Positions 52,430-64,000 of a DNA stretch of 64,000 nt are shown here, piece by piece. The notes beneath the pieces were generated by a model. It searched no databases and was not told where the DNA came from. It worked only from the letters and a program-made list of their open reading frames with translations. Source of the DNA: Octopus vulgaris (taxonomy: Eukaryota); NCBI GenBank assembly GCA_951406725.2, contig OX597823.1, positions 78,678,001 through 78,742,000 of the forward strand, given 5' to 3'. How positions within the stretch are numbered: the first letter of the stretch is position 1; each line of letters starts with the position of its first letter. Position numbers and translations under genes: made by a program.

Positions 52430-54510
52430 TTAATTTTAAAGACAACCGAACTATGATTAAACGGTAAATGTGTTTACATTTTGGGGAAAGTCTGTCTCAA
52501 CTAAGCTCTCTCATATTATCAGCTGTCACGCTATGTTTGGATATTTGCACACAAAAAGAGATTTAGACCTAAAAAAAAATTCGATACATACATACATACA
52601 TATAACAACTGTTAAAATCTGGTTTAGGCTTTTTCAAAATTTTTAGCGATGTAATTGAAGAAAATGCAGCAGTCTCATAAGAATTGAGCGACAAATTATC
52701 AAGAAACTAAGGAAAACCGATTATAACTAACTAACTAACTAACCTATTTCTTTATTACCCACAAGGGGCTAAACATAGAGGGGGACAAACAAGGACAGAC
52801 AAAGGTATTAAGTCGATTACATCGACCCCAGTGCGTAACTGGTACTTAATTTATCGACCCCGAAAGGATGAAAGGCAAAGTCAACCTCAGCGGAATTTGA
52901 ACTCAGAACGCAACGGCAGACGAAATACGGCTACGCATTTCGCCCGACGTGCTAACGTTTCTGCCAGCTCGCCGCCTTAACTAACCGCATTTGATTCGAC
53001 AGCGGTGAAATTAATCGCTGGTTCAGCAGTAAAGTAATATATTTGTAGTCATTAGATATTTTTTATTATTTATGCGTCCTTTTCAAGCCTAGCCAGGCTC
53101 ATGGGCCCGTTTTCCCGGTTTCTATGGCGTATGTGTTCCCCCAGCTGGACGGGACGCCAGTCCATCGCAGCGTTACTCAAGAAACAGGAAGAAAGAGTGA
53201 GAGAAAGTTGGTGCGAAAGAGTATAACAGCATTCGCCACCACCCCCTGCCGCAACCTCGTGAAACTTTAGGTGTTTTCGCTCAATAAACACATACAACGC
53301 CCGGTGTGAGAATCGAAACCGCGATCCTCCGATCGCGAGTCCGCTGCCCTAACCACTGGACCATTGCGCCTCCACAATCATTAGATAACGTATTAAAAAT
53401 AAGGAAAACGTTATCCGAGCCAACCCAACTCTATGACCCCGCTATTTTGCCGCTTTTGCTTGTTATGAGATAAAGTACGATGATGATCAAAATTTCTACA
53501 ATGCCAACCCTTTGGCGTAAAACATATACCACCTTCAGAAGGGACGTTCACAACCATAGGCTTTGGAAATAATGTGTAACCTAGGCCGAAAAGATCCAAT
53601 GAGTTTCCAGGTAATTTATAGTTAAGTAAAAAGGATTGATTCTCTCTTTTATTTGCCGATGATTATAACTCAATACTTTATCAGAAGCTGACATGAACTA
53701 TAATGTTGACAATCTTCTGACGCCTATATAAACTTCGGCCTGATGAAAAATGAAAAGGAGTGGCTGTGTGGTAAGTAGCTTGCTTACCAATCACATGGAT
53801 TCAGGTTAAGTCCCACTGCGTGGCACCTTGGGCAAGTGTTTTCTACTGTAGCCTCGGGCCGACCAAAGCCTTGTGAGTGAATTTGGTAGACGGAAACTGA
53901 AAGAATCCCGTCGTATATATGTATATATATGTGTGTTTGTGTGTCTGTGTTTGTCCCCCTAGCATCGCTTGACAACCGATGCTGGTGTGTTTACGTCCTC
54001 GTAACTTGGCGGTTCGGCAAAAGTGAGCGATAGAATAAGTACTAAGCTTACAAAAAAATAAGTCCTGGTATCGATTTGCTCGACTAAAGGCAGTGCAACA
54101 GCATGGCCGCAGTCAAATGACTGAAACAAGTAAAAGAGTAAAATAGAGTAAAGAGTATATAAATAGATAATGAAACACGAATCATGCTGTAGCTAACTCC
54201 AGGAGACACTTTTCAGCTGCGGTTTTTCCCTTTAAGATTTCGAGTGTCAAAAAAAAAAAAAAGGGGGAAAACAGAAAATAAAAAACAATGTATCACTCAG
54301 AACTTGGTCAAACAACTTGTCCCGTTGGTGGATGACAACGGTGGACGTCGATATTTCAGTGCATCAGTATCGCATACTTGAGTCGCCCCGAAACGAATGC
54401 AAATCGCTGGTCAAAGTATATTTGAATGGCATATAAATTGATATACATAAACAATATTTAAAAACTAAAAAAAACTTAAGTTTTGTGTTAGAAGTAGCAC
54501 TAATAATGCA
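52430..54510 (-). pseudogene. Decayed nAChR-like receptor copy split by three SINEs
   Basis: MFALLVLLLTQ, LKYRRPPLSSTNGT, VNVPSEGGICFTP, M3-like FLIICRSILMRLLHFLQLHR. Confidence 0.5.
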
Positions 54511-54694
54511 AACATTATTCAAATCACATACTTAATGTATTTTGTTTAAACACATTTCGATTTGCTCGACTGAAGGCGGTGCTCCAGCATGGCTGCAGGC
54601 AAATGACAGAAACAAGTAAAAGAGTTAAAACAGTTATACATACATACATACATACATACATAATACATACATACGTATATATATATATATATAC

Positions 54695-54742
<48 letters not shown>

Positions 54743-55014
54743 AGGCAGATTTTATCATATATATATATACAATTTACCTAGCATTTTTAAGAGTAGAATG
54801 CATCGGGTCGATACAAAATTTCAACCCCAATATTTAGAAAAACTCACATACTTTTCTTATATATAGCCCACACACGCACACACACACAAACGGACGATAC
54901 GATTAAAGTGATTATGTATGTATGGCATGACACACACACAAAAACACATACCTACGTATATATATATATATACATATATGACAGTACAAACACAAACGTT
55001 TCAAACAACTACAT

Positions 55015-55066
<52 letters not shown>

Positions 55067-55191
55067 TTCTGTTGTCAATTGTTGACAGAAATAAATTGTA
55101 AGCTAATATATATATATACAGATATACATATATACATCCATACATACATGTGTGTGTGTGTCTATGTATGTGTATTAATGTGTGTGTGTTA

Positions 55192-55542
55192 TCTCTATAT
55201 AAAGCTGAAGTTGTCTGTGTGCGTCACGTTTGGTAACCTTCAACTAACACTTTCTCCTCCGAGACCCTGCGGCGCAAGTTGACCAAAATTGAGAGTATGA
55301 TAGAAGAAGGGTTGCTCTTCCTTCCGTAGAACATAAAATTCAAATCGGACCATGTTAACACCAAAATTATTTACATCAAAAAGCTGCTTTTTTCTATGAA
55401 TCCTATTTTTTACGATTTTTCACTTGTGTCGCCACTTTTCGGTATATTTCGACCAGAAAAATGTTCACAAAATTTTTACTTTTCAAAATTACAATTCCAG
55501 CGGGTCGAAACAAACCCGAGCAACGCCGGGCGATACTGCTAG
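55192..55542 (+). mobile_element. Non-autonomous Helitron
   Basis: A|TC 5' end, hairpin CCCGAGCAACGCCGGG, CTAG|T 3' end. Confidence 0.85.
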
Positions 55543-55698
55543 TATATATATATATATACGTATTACGGAGATGTACTTGCATAGTGACTTGATCTGAGAT
55601 CGGGTGCTGGAACGAAAATAATTGCAGCGTGGAAGGTGTTTATAAACCATTTAAGAAACACACAAAACCGTTAGATTCACTTCAACATTTAAATTTAA

Positions 55699-55749
55699 TT
55701 TGTCAAAACATTTTCGTCGCTTTGAGACCGCGACCTGTTCACCGACAAA
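55699..55749 (-). ncRNA. Type-I hammerhead with G3-C8 core
   Basis: TTTGTCG-GTGAACA-G-GTCGC..GCGAC-GAAA-ATGT-TT-TGACAAA. Confidence 0.72.
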
Positions 55750-56296
55750 GCTTCGTGCTGCATCTCATATACATACATACATACATGCATACATACATAC
55801 ATACATACATACATACATACATACATACATACATACACTTAAATACACACAACAATGGATATTACATGTGCAAAAGCTCTCGTATGCAAACTTATGTACA
55901 CGCACTCATAGCCACACATGTATGTATAAGTGGCAAGGCTTCTTTGATCAAGCCCAAACATCTTATTCGATAATCTCACTTGATTTAAATTTCAACACTA
56001 GCTGATATTTATTTTTTATTTCATTTGAAGTTTATCACATTTGAAATATTTATAAAAATTTTTGCCTGTGCGGAAGAAACCTAGTTTCATGAGTTTCTGC
56101 TGTTACGTGTGTGTATGTGTGTATATATGTTTACATATATTTATTGATGTGTATATATATTTATAATTATAAAATGTGTATATTTATTTATATATAATTA
56201 CATATATTTATTGTGTTTATGTGCGTATATATGTTTACATATATTTATTGATATATCTATACGCGTATATCTTTATACATACATATACAGACACAC

Positions 56297-56327
<31 letters not shown>

Positions 56328-56456
56328 TATTCATATATATGTATGTATATATTTTGTTGTATTTGGGGATGGTCATGTTGCTAGTGTAGCCAATAAAAAC
56401 ACACGATATATTTGCTGTTCACTTGCTTCAGCTTTATCTTATATTAATTGTATTTC

Positions 56457-56489
56457 GTCCAGAGTTCTTTCATCACACTTCTGTGACCT

Positions 56490-56494
<5 letters not shown>
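56457..56494 (-). ncRNA. Hammerhead motif lacking its 5' stem I strand (family of 14123)
   Basis: TGATGA-G-GTCACA GAAG TGTGAT-GAAA-GAAC-TC-TGGAC, abutting (TA)n. Confidence 0.6.
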
Positions 56495-56547
<53 letters not shown>

Positions 56548-56560
56548 ACATGTATTTGTT

Positions 56561-56591
<31 letters not shown>

Positions 56592-56954
56592 ATACATGTA
56601 TATGTTTATTTATATATGTATGTATACATGTATATGTTTATTTATATATGTATGTATACATATGTATGTTCATATATATATATATATATATATGTATACA
56701 TAAATGTATACATATATGTTTATTTATATGTATATGCATACATGCATACGTTTATTCATATAACATACATACATGAATACGTCTATTTATATGTATATGT
56801 ATATATATATATATGTATGTATGTGTATATATATATGTATGTATGTATCTGTGTGTGTGCGTGTGTGTGTGTGTGTGTGTGTAAGTGCGCACTTTTATTT
56901 ATTATATGTTAACGCGCATATATGTATGCATATGTGTACACATACATTAATGTA

Positions 56955-56990
<36 letters not shown>

Positions 56991-57149
56991 TAGATAGATA
57001 GATAGATATATGCGGTATATATCTATTCGCCTACCTAGTTGGTTGTATGTTTCTTGCATCTGTAGGCGCACTACAGGCGAGTGAAAGAGTTGCAGTTACA
57101 TGTTAAAAAGTAGTTATTTGGCATGTTTACAAAATAATTTTCATTGAAC

Positions 57150-58182
57150 CGTATTTTTAAAATGTTTGTTTTAATTAAGCCATTTATTAAAAATATAATT
57201 TCGCCAGCTAAAAGTGCATATAACACCCTACTGATATTGTTTGCTTTGATTTTTGAATTTATTAAATTTTTCATTTTTTATCAAAACAACTTTTCTGAAG
57301 AAAATACTTAGAATTTATTACAGAATTTTCGAATATCGATGTTGTTTTTACTGTAGTTCATGCTATATATGATTTAAAAAATAACACTTTGTAATATGAT
57401 CTTTTTTTCTTAGGTTGTAATTGTTATTCCCTATTTGCTTACCCCTAGGAAGTAACAAAAATTGTTAATATTTGCTTTTGTTCAGTTTGCTTTTGTTCAG
57501 TTAATTCAAAACCCAAAGAATCCCTCTCATGACTATGATGCTTCCCAACTACTCCTGCTCATGATCTGAGATGCACATATTGACAGTCATTAAGGGGCAT
57601 GTTCAAGTGGTTAAGGTCAAGCAACTGACAAGTGTAAATCTGTGGTATTGCACAGAATATTTGCTATAGCAATATTGCCCTCAGCAACTCAGCGCTGAAT
57701 CTGTCTGAAATGTAATTAAGACACAGTTTCAAAATATTAATGCTCGGGTAAAAGCAAAGTTTGAAGGGAATAGTAGTCATTTCCTTTGATTTCTAGATAG
57801 AAGTAAATAGCAAATAACACCTACTGACCAAAGACAAAAAAAAATTATACAGTCTAATCTATTCGTTCGATCCATTGTGGTTATTTATCTGACGTATCAG
57901 AATAGGCGAGGAGAGAGCAAAACTGAATACCTACAGCAGAGATCTTTCGCTACAAACATTTGACATTTTATCTAAAAGTTCAGTCTTTGGTTTAAACATA
58001 TGAAGGATTAAGTAACTGTATAGGAACGAACCTTCTACACTATGCATATTAATAACATCTATATAAATATGTATGAGATTCCAAAAAGGATTGTATCGAT
58101 CCGCGTCGACAAAACTTATGTATGTAGTAAAATCGTCAGAAAGAGGACAGAGAACCGCAACGCTTCCCACCTTGTCATTTTT
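57150..58182 (-). pseudogene. Decayed nAChR-like receptor copy
   Basis: Acceptor TTTTCCCAG then ATG with signal-like MTRWEALRFSVLFLTILL, IYIDVINMHSVEGSF, LWSVGVICY, NCVLITF, M4-like ISRVLYALLAGEIIFLIN. Confidence 0.55.
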
Positions 58183-58959
58183 CTGGGAAAAGTTGAAAGA
58201 AATGAAATAAATGAAGCAGCATGATCTAAAACTCCCCTGTGTCTCGTTTGTTTCTCTTTCAACTTTTCCCTGAAGAAGGGCACTATCTGAAACATTGTAT
58301 TTTCCACTGTACTTTTTTAGAAGTCCATTTTACTGTATGAACATGTATGGTTTACACTTGTAACCATGAAATAATGGAAAATTGCTGTTGACCGAGTAAT
58401 ATAGCGACATGTAACATACTAGAAACTGCAGAGTTTAATCTTAGTGTCACAGTAATGTTGTTGTCTTCATGTACAAGACACTACCGAATCTTATCAAGCC
58501 ATATAAATAACTATCTTATGCAGGAAAATATATATAGAAGAGTAGGAGACGAGATGGAAAAAGAAATGTCTGGATTATCTTCTTACTTGACGGAAAAGAA
58601 TAAAAATATTAGTCATAGACTACTTACAACTTACTAATATTAAATATGTTTCCACTGGCTTAACTAAGATGCAGTACAATGCTTGTTGCATTAAGACTGA
58701 AATATATATATAATACATTATTGTAGTTTGTTTCTTACATTGCCGTCGAAATATAATCAAATATATACTTTAGACATTTAAAATTTGAAGTGTTTCGTAG
58801 CTATTGTTTAATTTGTCCATTTTATACTTCGTGAAAAATTTTGAATTCAAATATTCCCAAGATTCAGAACTACAGCAGATGTGGCTGCAGAAAAATGTTA
58901 TTCTTAAAAGAGTTAAACGACTTTTCAAAAAAGTATTTTTTCCTCACATTTTCTTTCCA

Positions 58960-60284
<1,325 letters not shown>

Positions 60285-61077
60285 CTATATATACTAACAG
60301 ACAGGTCTTAGAAAAACTGAAGGAAGGCGGCAATAAGTTTGTGAATCTAAGATGGGAATATGTTTCTTTTGCCCAAAGCCAGGAACCTACAAGACACTAC
60401 ATAATCTTATCATCCCATATAAATAACTATCATATGCAGGAAAATCTATCTAGAAGAGTAGACAAGATGGAAAAAATATGTCTGGATTATCTTCCTACTT
60501 GACGGAAAAGAATAAAAATATTAGTCATAGACTACTTACAACTTACTAACATTAACTTACAACTTTCTACATCCCCGTCATTTTTAGTTAATTAAAAGTA
60601 CATAAAAACACAAATTTTGACTAAATTTTACCTTCACATTATTATGTTTTTGTAATGCCTCGTATTTTCAAAAACAAAGACAAGGAATGTTATGGCCTGC
60701 GAATCTGCATGTATATATTTAAGAATATATCTCCAGTTAAACATTTTTCTATATCGTGCAACCATCGTAATAGTGATTCTGTTACTTACGATAGTGAAGG
60801 CAATGAGCCGGCAGAATCGTTAGCCCGCCTGACAAATTGCTTAGCGGCATTTTGTCCGTCCTTACGTTAAAAATTCAAATTTCACCGAGGTCGACTTTTG
60901 AGGGTCAACGAAATAAGTACCTCAAGAACACTGGGGGCAATTTACTATCCCTCTCCCTTAAAATATTTCAGGTCATGTGCCTATTATGGGAAGGATTATT
61001 TACGATGACAATATGATTTCAGCTCGTAACGAATTTATATGCAAATATGTATATCTATTTCCCATCTAGATATGAGA

Positions 61078-61122
<45 letters not shown>

Positions 61123-61497
61123 CTCGAGCATGTGTACATAATTGAAATGCCAATAGTGTTATTTTATCTTTTAATTTCCATTATGTTATCTTGTTGCAAA
61201 CCGCTGAATGTTAAATCATTTCTAAGGATTAGAAATGACAATGCTTTTCAATTAAAAATGAAACTTAACAAATTATTGCTGAAAATGCACAAATGTGTAT
61301 TCTTTTATTGTTAAATAGATGATGAGTTGAACTCAATCATTTATTTATAGAATGGTAAGAATCCATAAAGAGAATATTATTTCTCCAAAGCAAAATTTCT
61401 CAGAATCAATTGGTAGTCAGGATGCAAAGCAGTAAAGCAGTACAATAACATTATTGAACATAATACATCGGAAATACATATATTTAAGAAGAGATTT

Positions 61498-61532
<35 letters not shown>

Positions 61533-61835
61533 TGACATTTTTGCCTTAAGTATAGGAAACATTTTTGTCAACGTCTTTGTACAGAAATATAATTGACATA
61601 ATACTTAGAAATATATTACAAACAATCGGAAATATATCACCGATACGCGAAGTGTTGCTTGGAAATCCATCCGGAAAGTGTAATAAACAGTTGGTTCTGT
61701 TAGGACTCTCTGGAGGAGGAAGGACGTGGCTGAGGTCTCTATACTCCTGTCCCCCTCCCCATGGGATTGTGACGGAGAAAATAGATGGATGGATGGATGG
61801 ATGGATGGATTATACAAGATGCGATGGATGAAATA

Positions 61836-62052
61836 CGATGGGATGTAGAAAAGTTCTTGGATTTAGATAAAATAAAATACAAGAGGATCAGTTAATTATG
61901 ATTTTATTCAACATATTCCCCTTTCAGATTCACACACTTATTGCAGCGCTCCTTCAGTTTTTCTAAGACCTGTAAAAGAACACGGGAGGTTGGGCTTCCA
62001 ACCAGACCTTTCGTGATCCCCTTAAGACTATGAACTTTTCAACACACCCTCG
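61836..62052. mobile_element. Mariner-type MITE (second copy 62370-62588)
   Basis: Ends resemble CGAGGGGTGTTGAAAAGTTC, TA flanks; the two copies share their internal sequence. Confidence 0.75.
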
Positions 62053-62617
62053 TGTGTGTGTGCACATACATACATACATACGTACATACATACATACATA
62101 CATGCATACATACATACATACATACATACATACATACATACATACATACATACATACATACATACATACATGCATGCATGCATGCATGCATACATACGTG
62201 CATACATACATACATGCATGCATACATACATACATACATGCATACATGCATGCATACATACATGCATGCATACATACATACATGCATGCTTGCATACATA
62301 CATACATACATACATAATACATACATGCATACATACATACATCCATCCATACATACATATACACATGTACAAGAGGGAGTGATGGAAAGTTCATGGTTTT
62401 GAGCAAAACAAAATTCAGGACGATCAGTCAAATAAGATTTTATCCAACATATTCCCTTTTCAGGTTTACACACTTATTGCAGCGGTCCTTCAGTTTTTCT
62501 AGGTCCTGTAAAAGAACTTGGAATATTGGGTCTCCAGCCAGGCTTTTTGCGATACCCTTAAAGCCAGGAGCTTTTCGGCACCCCCTCGTACATACACAAC
62601 ACTGGATTATAGCAAAA

Positions 62618-63130
62618 CTAACAGTATCGCCCGGCGTTGCTCGGGTTTGTAAGGGAAATAACTATATAAGCATTTTTAGAGAGTTACTTCCCTTATAGAT
62701 GCCAATTCGGGCTTTCGTAGCCATTTCTGTTTTGGTGTCTTCAAGCCATGAAGTCGTTGTTCTAAAAGAACGCTGGTCTCCTTGACAACGCTTTACGACG
62801 TTGATTTCCTTACACTCCCTTCCCCACAGCTTCACGAGGGAGGGAAGAAGGGGGAGAAGCAAACAGGTGCAGGTGTGACCATGGACGCCAACTCCGCCGC
62901 CATGGACACACGAAAAATTATGCATTAATATGGAATAAAAAATGATGTTAAATTATTTTTAAAATCGTAGACTCATCGTAGACGCGCGCTAATAGCTAGA
63001 CGGGCTCGATATGAATCACGACTATAAGATACCCGAATTTGGTCAAACTGCACCGCAAAATGTGGGAGGAGTTAGGAATCTAAATCGAAGGGGACAGGCA
63101 CTCACACAACTACAGTTTTATATATATAGA
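62618..63130 (-). mobile_element. Non-autonomous Helitron, different body, same 3' terminus
   Basis: CAGTATCGCCCGGCGTTGCTCGGGTTTGT shared with 10851 and 55513; TC 5' end at ~63130. Confidence 0.75.
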
Positions 63131-64000
63131 TATCCGTATATGTTTGAGTTCTACTGTGGAATTTTCGTGGTTTTGTTAGCTTATGATTTAAACAATACAC
63201 ACAATGATTGTTAAATTACAAAAATTTTGAATGTGGAAGACGCTCTGACTGCACAATATACGTCATTAACGACATGACCTCTATACTTGATACAAAAGAA
63301 ACCATTGCATAATTAACAATGGAACACGAAGAATTGGATTTATACACATAAACATGTTACACGCACAAATACATAACACGCGCGCACATACACACACGTC
63401 GTATCTTTGCAAACACACAGAGGTGTGTACGCACGCATACACACGTACATACATTTATGCACACACACACATACACACACATACAGATATATGCATGTGT
63501 GTGTGTATATATACACCGGAGCAAACGAGCTTTCTTCAATGCTGTGATTTGGCAATAGAAAATAACGAGCCACGAACAAGCCTTTAATAAACCACTGTGT
63601 AATCTTTTGGTGCTAGAAATAGCAGCAAAATTCCCTTAAATCAAACCTTGCCACATAGAAAGGGAACTACTCACTGTATAACACAGTCCTGCTCTCTTAC
63701 AAATACTAAAAGACTGGTCAAAATTCTTGAACGATAATCTTCACCAGAACTTTTTAAACTGGCATTCGTTTACGGATATTTCTTCAGGTTTCTGCATTAA
63801 ATAACGGAAAATACGAATCAAGAAAAACATTATTGAAATTTTTGTGTTTGTTATTTGTTATTTTTCTCTCCTCTCTGCAGCAAGCGGTTAATGACTTTTC
63901 AGTTTCGAAAATTCTGTCTGGGCCTTTTTAAATAAACTCTTACATACACACTTACATAAATGTTCGCACAGGCACACATCAAAAATGTACACTGAGAAAC

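Noticed and set aside
63845-63900. Plus-strand splice acceptor TTTTTCTCTCCTCTCTGCAG
   Set aside because: No convincing exon, donor or partner exons visible within the window

Overview
AT-rich, microsatellite-saturated eukaryotic DNA with no intact host gene. The SINE/LINE repertoire and (TA)n/(CATA)n load are typical of an Octopus genome (inference). Nearly all ORF-track entries are microsatellite or SINE artefacts. Three things stand out. (1) Hand translation of the unique DNA between repeats reveals about a dozen decayed, apparently intronless, co-oriented (minus-strand) fragments of Cys-loop/nicotinic-acetylcholine-receptor-like genes spread over ~6.4-63.9 kb, most simply read as a dead tandem array related to the cephalopod atypical nAChR/chemotactile receptors. 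(2) Many minimal type-I hammerhead ribozyme motifs occur in Penelope-like sequences, including a non-autonomous element with a tRNA-derived Pol III head duplicated head-to-head, and cores with C3-G8, U3-A8 and G3-C8 pairs. (3) A 4.5-kb fold-back Neptune-type Penelope element (RT + GIY-YIG) and several smaller fold-back palindromes are present. Also found: mariner, maT, MULE, hAT and Helitron relics, RTE, Tx1/L1-like and R4/Dong-like LINE fragments, and three SINE families. All protein similarities were judged by eye and many coordinates are approximate.
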